A DNA stretch of 64,000 nucleotides, taken from a virus. The translations under genes were made by a program, and so were the position numbers. Below, piece by piece: positions 52,830 through 61,808 of this stretch. How positions within the stretch are numbered: position 1 is the stretch's first letter; every line of letters starts with the position of its first letter. The DNA lies in IMG/VR virus record IMGVR_UViG_3300048516_000001, positions 1 through 64,000 of that record; one strand, written 5' to 3'. Below the pieces are notes generated by a model. The model was not told the origin of the DNA, did no database searches, and saw nothing but the letters and a program-made list of their open reading frames with translations.

Positions 52830-53918
52830 ATGCCTCCAATTGTAACAAGCTTTCCCTCAAAAGTCAAGGCTATTTCCTGGAATTTAGCAAGAAAACTCAA
52901 CGGTTATACCCTCAAGCAAACCTTCACAATGCTAGGGATTTTGAATGAACTTCTTTACTGCGCGGCTGTCAACGCAAAGGTTATCACTCGCGACGCAAAA
53001 GGCAAGATAATCTGGAATCACAAGAATCTGTCAGCGCTCTTAAACGCGCCTACAGTAGAGACTCCAGTGACTTATGTTGCAGAATATTTAAAGCTTTTTT
53101 GGAATGGAGTGGCGTACCATTCCGTTAATGCTGCTATGAGGTTTAGAGAGATTTTGTCTCAGGAGTTCCAACTCTTCACTCTGGAAAAACGAGACTGGTC
53201 TGATCCAAAAAACCGCCACCGCCAACCTAACCCGTGCGGAGGGATTGATGTAGTTCTAGCGCTACTGCTAGCGGAACAATGCGAGATTCGATTGAAGGAA
53301 CACTACAAGCTGGAAGAGACCGGCTTGGATTGGAGTCAAGAAATCGGGAATGGTAACTATCCGATGGTACGGGATGAGTCTAAATCTTTTCCCAAACACA
53401 AAGCGTTTGTTTTGGTTAAGTTGCACCGGATGATATTGGGTTCGGTAGTTGGCTATTGTCGGAATGATGACGACTTTGAGCCTCAAGGTGAACTACTACC
53501 CTTAGCGGCACAAGCCATTGAAAATAAATACCTTGCGCTACAGGCAGCGGGTACGCTAGACCAGGCAGAATCAAAACTGAATGAGTTGATGGGCGACAAT
53601 CCCGACGCGGACGTACAAGAGTTGCTGGCAGAACCGATGGAGATTGTCGAGACTGAGGCGGTTCAGTCTGGCGGCCTTGCAGTTGTTGTCGGTCACGTTG
53701 CTAAGGTAATTCCGTTGGCGGCTGGCTTGATTCGCTGCTGTATGTGGGTACAGCCAGCGCCACGACTGAAGAAAGAGAAAGTATTGGCCGTGCCGTGTTC
53801 GGTGTTAGAGCAATCAGAGGCAGCGCTGGCATGGTGGAAAGAACGGATTGAGAATTCTGGACTTTGGCTGTCTGAGTTGGCCCCGACGTGGGTATGGGAT
53901 GCCGTGCTGCCGTTTTAG
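52830..53918 (+). CDS. Hypothetical protein (362 aa)
   Basis: Start set at MPPIVTSF (ATG 52830). No motif recognised. Confidence 0.55.
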   Translation: MPPIVTSFPSKVKAISWNLARKLNGYTLKQTFTMLGILNELLYCAAVNAKVITRDAKGKIIWNHKNLSALLNAPTVETPVTYVAEYLKLFWNGVAYHSVNAAMRFREILSQEFQLFTLEKRDWSDPKNRHRQPNPCGGIDVVLALLLAEQCEIRLKEHYKLEETGLDWSQEIGNGNYPMVRDESKSFPKHKAFVLVKLHRMILGSVVGYCRNDDDFEPQGELLPLAAQAIENKYLALQAAGTLDQAESKLNELMGDNPDADVQELLAEPMEIVETEAVQSGGLAVVVGHVAKVIPLAAGLIRCCMWVQPAPRLKKEKVLAVPCSVLEQSEAALAWWKERIENSGLWLSELAPTWVWDAVLPF

Positions 53919-54041
53919 ATAGAATCGCGCCCGCGATATATGCAATCTGCGTGAAGCCTAGCCGTTGTCTACCATTAACCGAGTAAAAGCTTTGCTGTGT
54001 ATACGTTTGACCTGTATCCAAAAAATACTTTCCCAAAACAC

Positions 54042-54070
54042 TTGACAGATCTCGGACAGTAGCCTATAGT
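54042..54070 (+). promoter_or_regulatory. Family-A promoter, copy 6
   Basis: AAAAATACTTTCCCAAAACAC, TTGACA 54042-47, 17 nt, TATAGT 54065-70, then GATAACAGATA. Confidence 0.6.
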
Positions 54071-54109
54071 GATAACAGATAGAAAAAACCACTGAACTAC
54101 TTCAAAATT

Positions 54110-54553
54110 ATGAGAACTATCGTTGCCACCGCTACAACCGACCAAGAAGCTACCGACATCTACCTTGCGCTTTACGGTGAACATCCCCATGTTGAGTACG
54201 CCAACATCGACGGATTGCAAGTCACATTCATTTACATCCCTATTGCAGAAAAAGAAGCCCAACAAGAGCAGGCAAACAGAGAGTGGATAGAAAAGCACTC
54301 ACAGCCTAAAACTGAGTCGAAAAAACAACGCAAACAGCCAAGTGTCCGCGAGTTGAACACCAAAGTTGAAAAATTGTACTTGTTCCACCTTGAAGTAGAT
54401 AAAAATGCTGGAGTTTACGACATCAGACAGCTTTGTAGCGGTAAGATTTTGTTCACTTCCAAAAGCGGAATCAGTGTTAGTCGGCAACTGACCAAAATGT
54501 ACTGGGATAAGACGATTAACCATCTGCAAAACAACGGACTAATTGCACGTTAA
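54110..54553 (+). CDS. Hypothetical protein
   Basis: 147-aa ORF after the promoter. Confidence 0.55.
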   Translation: MRTIVATATTDQEATDIYLALYGEHPHVEYANIDGLQVTFIYIPIAEKEAQQEQANREWIEKHSQPKTESKKQRKQPSVRELNTKVEKLYLFHLEVDKNAGVYDIRQLCSGKILFTSKSGISVSRQLTKMYWDKTINHLQNNGLIAR

Positions 54554-54620
54554 CCTGTCGAGGCAGCCTATACGATAGTTTACATAGTCAAGAAATCACA
54601 GGCAGCTTACAGGAGTAATC

Positions 54621-54917
54621 ATGGAATCTCACGAAAGAATCTTTGTAATTGACCAAATTAAAGAAGGACTCGAAAAGTTGCAAACATGGCAATTGTTGCA
54701 ACTACTAACTGAAATCAAAAAAGATTCTGAATCGTCCTTGCATCCAAACAAATGCTCTAGTTGTGGAGCCCCTATTATTTGGAGCAAAACTAAATCAGCT
54801 TTCTTGAATCAAACGACAGGCGCTAAACATAATTGCCCGCAAAATAGACACTCTCCGAGTGCATCAATTATGGGGCTATGCAAATGCCCAAAATGCAATT
54901 CAAAATTCCAGGCTTGA
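54621..54917 (+). CDS. Hypothetical zinc-ribbon protein
   Basis: CSSC...CPQ...CKCPKC. Confidence 0.5.
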   Translation: MESHERIFVIDQIKEGLEKLQTWQLLQLLTEIKKDSESSLHPNKCSSCGAPIIWSKTKSAFLNQTTGAKHNCPQNRHSPSASIMGLCKCPKCNSKFQA

Positions 54918-54997
54918 ATTAACGCCGTAGAAAATCAACCGGGCAGCGTCGCAAAACTGCCTCACCTACTCACAAATTACAATCTAGTAACATAATC

Positions 54998-55399
54998 ATG
55001 AAAACATCAAAATTTCCCAGAACAACTCTTATTTACGACTTGATTCAAAGGTTTGAGGTACGGGACGGCGTACTTCGCCTAATGTCTAGCGACATCACAG
55101 TTCTAGAAGGAGGACATCATCTCTTATCTGTCGCAAAAGACTGGATGAAAGTTAACACTAACTTTTATTTAAATACAACTAAGCATTACCTCGGCTATCG
55201 CAAGGTAGCTTCAGCTAGTTCTAAGTACCAACTGGTTTTAACTCAGAGAGGGGAAAGCTTGCAAGTAAGCTTTCCGCACAGCGAACGTGTGTGCTTAGAA
55301 GTTCACCAAGACACACTTTTTCCGTATGCCTCGCGGACTTCCGTAAGCTCGTCGGAAGAATTAATTGGATTGTTAGAAGTTCTTTTTGCTGGTAAGTAA
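54998..55399 (+). CDS. Hypothetical protein
   Basis: 133-aa ORF. Confidence 0.5.
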   Translation: MKTSKFPRTTLIYDLIQRFEVRDGVLRLMSSDITVLEGGHHLLSVAKDWMKVNTNFYLNTTKHYLGYRKVASASSKYQLVLTQRGESLQVSFPHSERVCLEVHQDTLFPYASRTSVSSSEELIGLLEVLFAGK

Positions 55400-55401
55400 A
55401 C

Positions 55402-55731
55402 ATGGGATTTAATTATCGTGAAGACATAGACTGCTATGTTTACATCCCGCCGCTGACCGGATTAGATTTGAAGCATAATTATTTCAAGGTTCGAGATGAA
55501 TGTGCTGATTCTCTAATCCGGTTGCAAAGTCTAGAAATTCAAAAACACAATCGTTTTGGATGGGCTGAATTAATTACAGTTGCCGATACAATCGGACTGC
55601 CTATAAAGACGACTTGCCAGTTTCTGGAAAAATGGGGAAAAGTCAGAGACGGCACGTGGGAAGTAAAAGAAATACAAGGCTTTACGTCTAAAAGTATCCG
55701 GGAACAAGTTGAAGCAAAAAACAAGATTTAA
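55402..55731 (+). CDS. Hypothetical protein
   Basis: 109-aa ORF, 2 nt after the previous stop. Confidence 0.5.
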   Translation: MGFNYREDIDCYVYIPPLTGLDLKHNYFKVRDECADSLIRLQSLEIQKHNRFGWAELITVADTIGLPIKTTCQFLEKWGKVRDGTWEVKEIQGFTSKSIREQVEAKNKI

Positions 55732-55967
55732 GGATTGATTGACGACAGCAGTTCCCGAATCGTCTCAGCGGTAAGAGCACGTCCTAGTTGCTCAATCAAC
55801 TCCGAAAAACTCAGGTTGTTCTCCACCGCCACCGCCTTAAATTTAGCGTGCGTTGCGGCCGTTAAGCCTACAGATAGGCTTTGCTTTTTCCCGCTGTATA
55901 GGCGTTCTTTCCCTCGCCCTTTACGGGTTCTTGCAGGTACGACGATTACTTTTTTCTCGGATGCCAT
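55728..55967 (-). CDS. RHH-type DNA-binding protein (repressor/ParG-like)
   Basis: Basic N-terminal tail followed by SLSVGLTAATHAKFKAVAVENNLSFSELIEQLGR. Divergent from the family-B promoter. Confidence 0.55.
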   Translation of the reverse strand: MASEKKVIVVPARTRKGRGKERLYSGKKQSLSVGLTAATHAKFKAVAVENNLSFSELIEQLGRALTAETIRELLSSINP

Positions 55968-56093
55968 AGCTTTTAATTTAGAGGAATCTATCCAATTATC
56001 TTAGCAAGATTTAAACCGTAGCACAAGGGTATAGACTCTAACCGTTATAACGCAAGGCTTTCAGTCATCTACAAATTAATTTGGATCTAGACC

Positions 56094-56122
56094 TTGACAA
56101 CCAATGTTTATCTTGCTAAGAT
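56094..56122 (+). promoter_or_regulatory. Family-B promoter, copy 2
   Basis: TTGACA 56094-99, 17 nt, TAAGAT 56117-22. Confidence 0.55.
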
Positions 56123-56179
56123 GAACACATCGAACCAAAAACAAATACTAAAACCAAAAACCACTCAACTGAAGCGAAC

Positions 56180-57319
56180 ATGGAAACTACGAACCAAAAC
56201 GAACTTGTTTACTCGTCGCAGGCACTTACAGAGTCGGGAAGCTTAGCTCTTGGAGCTTTACCCTTGGATTTAGGAATGAGCCAGCTTTCCGCTATAGAGA
56301 AAGACACAATTATCTTAGCTGACGGAAGGCTTGTTAGGCTGACTGGAACAGACGAAGATATACAACTCATTGCCGCCGACCGTGGCATGAGAGTGAAGCA
56401 AACACTCATCCACTTATACTTGTCGGGTTTGAATCTGGCTACAGCCCGCGATTACTTTGTAGAGGCTTACGGTAGCCACAAAGAGTTCTGGGAAAAGATA
56501 ACCGAGAAAACGGGCTTCAGCAAGGCTAAGTTAGAGAACGAAATTAAAATCAGCCAAGGTTTTACGAAACAAGAAATTGAATCTCTTGCCGAAGCCGGAG
56601 CCACACAGTCAATCGCTATTCGGCTGTTGAAAGCTTCACCAGCAGTCAAAGAAGAAGTAATCGTCCAAGCGGAGCAAGGTCGGGTCATCACTAGCGCTGT
56701 TGCTAGTGAGATTATGGAGTGGAATGAAGAAGAAGAAGAAGAAGAAGAAGACGATGAAGACGGTGAAGACAGAGAGCCGATTACACCAACTCAAAACGCA
56801 TCCAATCAAACAGACAATTCAGCAGCTAAAAAACAAGTTGAGAACACTTATGACATTTCGGCTACAGTCGTTAGTTGTGAAGAAGTCATTACCGAGGAAA
56901 ATTACGCTTCAAGTGTCAAGTTATTGGAGAAAAGACTCCAAGGCTTGTTGAATGCTATTGAAGCGGGTCGAAACCGGAGTTTCGCCATTCGGGGACAGTC
57001 AATCAGGGAAGAACAGGCTATCGTTTTGGCTACCTTCTACAACATAAAGCTTCCTAGTTCGAGAGCAGAAAAAGACGAGTCCCACTGGATTGCAGAGGCT
57101 AGAGAACTCTTACCTAAAGGGGTCGCAAAAGAGTTTAGACCTCTGTACATTATGGCGTTAGTAGATGGCTACTTGGGCTACATCCGTAACGAACCAAGCA
57201 AACCTGCTATCTATGAAACTTTTACTAAGTACCTCAAGGAAGACTCAAGAAAAGCTTGCCACAATCTTTTTGACGTGGGATTCACTCAAGCGAAATTAGA
57301 AGCCGAGAGCATTAAGTAG
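56180..57319 (+). CDS. Hypothetical protein with poly-Glu/Asp tract
   Basis: 379-aa ORF with EEEEEEEDDEDGED encoded by the GAA run at about 56735-56775. Confidence 0.6.
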   Translation: METTNQNELVYSSQALTESGSLALGALPLDLGMSQLSAIEKDTIILADGRLVRLTGTDEDIQLIAADRGMRVKQTLIHLYLSGLNLATARDYFVEAYGSHKEFWEKITEKTGFSKAKLENEIKISQGFTKQEIESLAEAGATQSIAIRLLKASPAVKEEVIVQAEQGRVITSAVASEIMEWNEEEEEEEEDDEDGEDREPITPTQNASNQTDNSAAKKQVENTYDISATVVSCEEVITEENYASSVKLLEKRLQGLLNAIEAGRNRSFAIRGQSIREEQAIVLATFYNIKLPSSRAEKDESHWIAEARELLPKGVAKEFRPLYIMALVDGYLGYIRNEPSKPAIYETFTKYLKEDSRKACHNLFDVGFTQAKLEAESIK

Positions 57320-57361
57320 AGTTAACCGGGGCATCTTTGCCCCTTATCGCCACATTAAATA

Positions 57362-57757
57362 ATGACTCCCCCCGAATGGTTTCCTTCAGTCCCGATTTTT
57401 CAACCGATAGACCCTCGATTCTGTCTAGCAACTTATTTTTCTGACGAAATTGAAGAAAATGGCGGATTCACGACAAAAAAGTACGTTGCTGACTTCCTTG
57501 AAAACAATGACTTGGAGTTCCTGCAATGGTACAAAGATTATCAGATTCTGTATGACTGGAGTGAGCAAAGAGTAATGGTTAGCGGTTACGAGCAAGCTTG
57601 GGAGACTGCTGAATCAATCAAGTGTAGGTTAATTGATTCAGGCAGCGCAAGATGGGAAACGGAAGATGTCGTAGTTCCACTAGCTAAGCTGTTTGTTGAC
57701 GCTCTAGAAGCATCTAAACCTAGCAAAGGTCAACTAGAACTACAACTAATTTATTGA
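57362..57757 (+). CDS. Hypothetical protein
   Basis: 131-aa ORF. Confidence 0.5.
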   Translation: MTPPEWFPSVPIFQPIDPRFCLATYFSDEIEENGGFTTKKYVADFLENNDLEFLQWYKDYQILYDWSEQRVMVSGYEQAWETAESIKCRLIDSGSARWETEDVVVPLAKLFVDALEASKPSKGQLELQLIY

Positions 57758-57832
57758 TTTGATTGGCGCTCAGTTCTAGCGGGAGCTAAAAGGGCTAGTA
57801 TTCTACATTTAAACCATATCAAGGTATTAGAA

Positions 57833-58054
57833 ATGCTGCATCCTAAGATTTCAGAAATAGCCAAAAGACTTGAGAGACAATCTGTAATCCGATTTACTAA
57901 AGAATCTGCAATGTTTGAGTTTAGTAGGATTCATGCAAGTCAAGCTAAAGATTATGACGGAACTCCGTGTAACTGGCCACTGACGGATGTTAGAAACCCA
58001 ATTCAACTTAGAATCGTCAGAGACGGCAAAGCAACGTATACGAATTACTGGTAA
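57833..58054 (+). CDS. Hypothetical protein
   Basis: 73-aa ORF. Confidence 0.45.
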   Translation: MLHPKISEIAKRLERQSVIRFTKESAMFEFSRIHASQAKDYDGTPCNWPLTDVRNPIQLRIVRDGKATYTNYW

Positions 58055-58155
58055 GAAATATCAAGCCTTAATTCGATTGGCGACACCTGCCATTAAGTGC
58101 GTGTGATTAACTAGCTATAGTCACAAACGAACCCAAAAACTAAACCTAAAAACAG

Positions 58156-58860
58156 ATGACTGCTCCTAACAACAAATCGAAATTTTCAGACTTTTCGGTA
58201 TTCGGCGCAAAACCTAAAGATGCTGTACTACTGCCTAGTTCGGCAATGAATGTTCGCAACAACTGTCAGTCAGGGCAATGGACAATTGGAGACAGGGACT
58301 ACGGCTCAAAATGTTCGATGACAATTCTCAAGTTCTCTCGCTTCTTTGGTTCGCTTGGTCAAACTAGCAATACATTATGGGGTCAGCTTTGGTTCATAGC
58401 AGAAAGTGGCGAACTCCCTCAAGGTGTGGTAATGGTAACTTACCTCAAGAACCGTAACTTAGACGCTTTCAACAATCTTATCGCAGAGGTTCAGTCAAAA
58501 GGAACCGAACCAGCCTTGGGTGTTTTCACCCCTGAGTTTGTCAAGCAATCTGGGCAAAAACCAGATGACAGTGGAGTAGCCAGACCAGTCAATTACTACA
58601 CCCTAAAATGGACTTGGAGCGAACGTTCCGACACTCAATACGCGATTATTGAGCAAGCGGCGGCGCTTCTATCAGACCCGGTAAACGCTAGTCGATTAGT
58701 CGATTTACAGGGAACGCGAATGATGCAGTGCGTAGACAACCTCAGGGGTGAAGAGTTGGCAGCATTAGTAGGTGGAAACGCGCAAGACAGCTTGCAGTTG
58801 CAGCAACGCTTAACATCCGCAACAGCTAACGCACTTCCTGCAAGTGCGTCTGAGTTCTAG
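58156..58860 (+). CDS. Hypothetical protein
   Basis: 234-aa ORF. No motif recognised. Confidence 0.55.
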   Translation: MTAPNNKSKFSDFSVFGAKPKDAVLLPSSAMNVRNNCQSGQWTIGDRDYGSKCSMTILKFSRFFGSLGQTSNTLWGQLWFIAESGELPQGVVMVTYLKNRNLDAFNNLIAEVQSKGTEPALGVFTPEFVKQSGQKPDDSGVARPVNYYTLKWTWSERSDTQYAIIEQAAALLSDPVNASRLVDLQGTRMMQCVDNLRGEELAALVGGNAQDSLQLQQRLTSATANALPASASEF

Positions 58861-58905
58861 TTCTAATCTTACAACTAGGTAGTTTTTCTACCTAGTTGCT
58901 CACTT

Positions 58906-59115
58906 GTGAAACACATGAAAAACCAACCGCTACCCGCCGCCGTACAAGAGCAAATTGACAGATTCTATCGCGACTATCCACTAAAAAACGCCCAAGATTT
59001 AGCGGAACGGTATCAAAAATTGGTACTCAGTGAAGACTATCGCTCGGCAAGCTTAGGACGGACTGAAAGTCGCATGGTAGAACGCAGCAGACCACGGAGC
59101 AGGGGCAAGCAATGA
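58906..59115 (+). CDS. Hypothetical small protein
   Basis: 69-aa ORF (GTG start, or ATG at 58915). 4-nt overlap with the next gene. Confidence 0.45.
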   Translation: MKHMKNQPLPAAVQEQIDRFYRDYPLKNAQDLAERYQKLVLSEDYRSASLGRTESRMVERSRPRSRGKQ

Positions 59116-59462
59116 AAGCACATAATAAGTCGTTAACAGACTGGCAAAAGTATTCGGTCAATGCTATTGCCAGCGGACTCTTAGAATACGAAGCGCAGCA
59201 GTTGTGCTTAGGTGAATCCGTCAATATTGACACCTGTAAACAATGGATATCCGCCAACAAATATCCGTTTGGAATGCGGGTCAATCATCCTTACAGGGTT
59301 TGGTGTCAAGAAATTCGTTTAGTCTCGGAGTTTTTATCTACTCGTATTGCCGTAAGACACTATCAGATGTGGCGACAGGCGTACAGAAAGCCCCGCAAAG
59401 TAAACGAGTACAACGAAAGAAGAAAAGCCAACTTCAACCCTAACCAGCTTTCCCTGTTCTAG
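59112..59462 (+). CDS. Hypothetical protein
   Basis: 116-aa ORF. Confidence 0.5.
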   Translation: MKAHNKSLTDWQKYSVNAIASGLLEYEAQQLCLGESVNIDTCKQWISANKYPFGMRVNHPYRVWCQEIRLVSEFLSTRIAVRHYQMWRQAYRKPRKVNEYNERRKANFNPNQLSLF

Positions 59463-59494
59463 CTGTGTTAGACTGATTTAAAATCAACAGAGGA

Positions 59495-59713
59495 ATGACA
59501 ATCATGTTTCTATCATGCAACGTCGAACTTCCGGTAGCTTCTACTTTAATTGTACACGAATCAAGCGACACGGAAAAACCTCCGAGTCCCGGTTCTGATA
59601 GAAGAAAATCCAGTGAGAGCGAAGCAATATTAAGACAGCATCGCTTATACCGTCCCGAGCTAGTTGATGTTGTTGTACCAGGCACAACCCGCGTAGGCAA
59701 GCACTGGGTGTAA
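59495..59713 (+). CDS. Hypothetical small protein
   Basis: 72-aa ORF whose stop overlaps the next start (TAATG). The competing minus-strand ORF 59440-59733 is judged spurious. Confidence 0.35.
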   Translation: MTIMFLSCNVELPVASTLIVHESSDTEKPPSPGSDRRKSSESEAILRQHRLYRPELVDVVVPGTTRVGKHWV

Positions 59714-60189
59714 TGTATAATTTTCAACAACAAAAGCAGCTAGGACTAGACGGAGAAGAAAGGTTAGACTTTTTCTTCTCCCGCTGGTACGATATTAAGG
59801 AAGTTCCTTTTGAGCTTCAAAAAGAAGGCATTGATAGGTTTTATATTCCGAAACGTGGCGAAGTAACGTTTCCATGTTTGATAGAATATAAGACCGATTT
59901 TCACGATACAGGAAACGTATTCATTGAGACTCATTCTGTAATTAGACAAGGGCGACCAGATGTCCGAGGTTGGTTGTACACTAGCAAGGCTGACTGGTTG
60001 ATTTATTATTTAGTTTTGCGTGAAACAGCTTTTGTCGTTGATTTTGGCAGGCTTAAGATATTTGCACAAGAATGGAAGAAAACTTGTCAGCGCAGAGATT
60101 GCAAAAATAAAGATTACAAAAGTTCTGGTTTGCTTGTGCCTATTCCAGTGTTCCAGTTAGCCTCTCACGCTATTTTTAACATAAAATGA
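59713..60189 (+). CDS. Possible PD-(D/E)xK-fold nuclease
   Basis: GIDRFY...CLIEYK gives a D...ExK arrangement. Weak call. Confidence 0.35.
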   Translation: MYNFQQQKQLGLDGEERLDFFFSRWYDIKEVPFELQKEGIDRFYIPKRGEVTFPCLIEYKTDFHDTGNVFIETHSVIRQGRPDVRGWLYTSKADWLIYYLVLRETAFVVDFGRLKIFAQEWKKTCQRRDCKNKDYKSSGLLVPIPVFQLASHAIFNIK

Positions 60190-60635
60190 AGCAACTGAGT
60201 CCCCGCATTATTGAAATCGTACTACCTCTTCCGCCAATCTCGTTAAATCCGTTTATGCGGACACACTGGGCGGCGCGAGAAAAACTTTTAAAACCTTACA
60301 GGAAAATTGTCTCTGACAATCTCATTGGGATTGAGCCGTTTTTAAAAGTACATACCGAATGGGAGTGGACGATATTTGGTAGTAGTAAAAAGTTTCTGAA
60401 TAGAGATGCTTCAAATCTTTCGTCTGTAGGTGAAAAAGTTATTTCAGACGTTCTTGTGAAGTCTAAGATTTTTCAAGATGACTCAAATAAATATATCCAA
60501 AATCCTATTCTTCATTGGGCTTTTAATGACAGCACGAAAGACCCTAAAGTTCATGGAACAGGAGAAGTGCTATTACGCTTATCAGACGTTCCGCTTTACG
60601 GCAGCCAATTTATTAGAATAGAGAACGACAAATGA
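60186..60635 (+). CDS. RusA-like Holliday-junction resolvase
   Basis: LPLPPISLNPFMRTHW...RDASNLSSVGEKVISDVLVKSKIFQDDSNKYI resembles the RusA pattern (PPS.N ... D.DN..K...D.L....I..DD). Confidence 0.5.
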   Translation: MKQLSPRIIEIVLPLPPISLNPFMRTHWAAREKLLKPYRKIVSDNLIGIEPFLKVHTEWEWTIFGSSKKFLNRDASNLSSVGEKVISDVLVKSKIFQDDSNKYIQNPILHWAFNDSTKDPKVHGTGEVLLRLSDVPLYGSQFIRIENDK

Positions 60636-60964
60636 TTAACAACGACAATAATGAAATACAATCACTGATAACTTTCGATAGAGTGCTGTTTGGTGGTCGG
60701 CGAAAAATACGTTTATCTCAAAAGGAGTTAGCTGTTGAGCTTTCAGACCGTACACATCAAATAGACCACATCACCTATTCAAAAATAGAAAACGCCCGAA
60801 TAGACATTAGGTCTAGTGAATGGGATTGGCTTATACCAAAACTTAGTTATCAACTTCAAATTGACAAACGTTGGTTGCAAGTTATCCGCGAACAAACCGC
60901 TGTCAAATCTATATTGCCAAATAGCCCAACGTTGATTACTTACGCTCGACAACTTGGAGATTGA
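60632..60964 (+). CDS. XRE-family HTH protein
   Basis: LFGGRRKIRLSQKELAVELS...YSKIENA. Confidence 0.55.
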   Translation: MINNDNNEIQSLITFDRVLFGGRRKIRLSQKELAVELSDRTHQIDHITYSKIENARIDIRSSEWDWLIPKLSYQLQIDKRWLQVIREQTAVKSILPNSPTLITYARQLGD

Positions 60965-60965
60965 A

Positions 60966-61244
60966 ATGCCAAAATTGAAAGTTATTCAAGCTGATGGTTC
61001 GTTCTCGATTGTTGAAGATGAAACCTTCAAGAAAAAGCAAACCCTGTCAGTTGGTAAGCCTCCTATGCCAAGGCAAAAAATGTTAGATACAATTGTAAAC
61101 GCATTGCAGACCCAAAGCGGTCAGACAATAGAGCAATTGGTTGAATCAACCAAGATTTCCGTACACTATACGAGGAAATACTTGCTAGACCTTGAAAAAG
61201 ACAAGAAAATAGTCCGAAGTAATTCAAGGTATTATCTTACTTAA
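60966..61244 (+). CDS. Hypothetical protein (possible winged helix)
   Basis: Start set at MPKLKVIQ. Confidence 0.45.
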   Translation: MPKLKVIQADGSFSIVEDETFKKKQTLSVGKPPMPRQKMLDTIVNALQTQSGQTIEQLVESTKISVHYTRKYLLDLEKDKKIVRSNSRYYLT

Positions 61245-61249
61245 AAGAA

Positions 61250-61804
61250 TCAAGGCTGCACTAATCCTGTTATCAAAATAGGTATGCGATATTTTTCTAT
61301 CAAGTCGTTCATCGCACTCAAATCCTCTTGCTGTAGAACATCGGCTAAAGCAGTCAGTATTTCATCTAGGCAAACTTGCAGCGCTATCAAGTTCACGCTC
61401 CCAGAAACCGCACTAGATAGTGCTAGCGCAAAGTCTGTATACGCCGCGTTAGCCTGCGTATTCTCACCCGCTTGCTGTCGCGCAATGGCGAAGATTTGAG
61501 TTGTGATTAATTCATTGTAAAACCCCCTATAGTCGGGAGGGATAACTATTGTTCCGTCTGCGGGTGTTGATAATTGTGTTGTTCGGGCATTAAACGCTAC
61601 TGTAAAAATAGCATCTAACGCGTCTTGGATTTCCACTAAATCTAAAGTAACAGGATTGCTAATGTCGAATATTGCGGGCATTTCTTCATCTCCTATTTTT
61701 AGGGATTTAGAAAAGTAAACCTTGACAATTCCACCGTCATATTCAAGACGACTTATTCTGTCAATTTGAGTTTTAGTTGGGGTCAATTCGGTTTCTAGTT
61801 GCAT
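61250..61804 (-). CDS. Hypothetical protein downstream of the tail fibre (chaperone/assembly?)
   Basis: 184-aa ORF. The role is inferred from position only. Confidence 0.45.
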   Translation of the reverse strand: MQLETELTPTKTQIDRISRLEYDGGIVKVYFSKSLKIGDEEMPAIFDISNPVTLDLVEIQDALDAIFTVAFNARTTQLSTPADGTIVIPPDYRGFYNELITTQIFAIARQQAGENTQANAAYTDFALALSSAVSGSVNLIALQVCLDEILTALADVLQQEDLSAMNDLIEKYRIPILITGLVQP

Positions 61805-61808
61805 GAGT

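Noticed and set aside
56735-56775. (GAA)n microsatellite
   Set aside because: It lies in-frame inside a long ORF and encodes a poly-Glu/Asp tract. It is a low-complexity coding region, not a separate repeat element.
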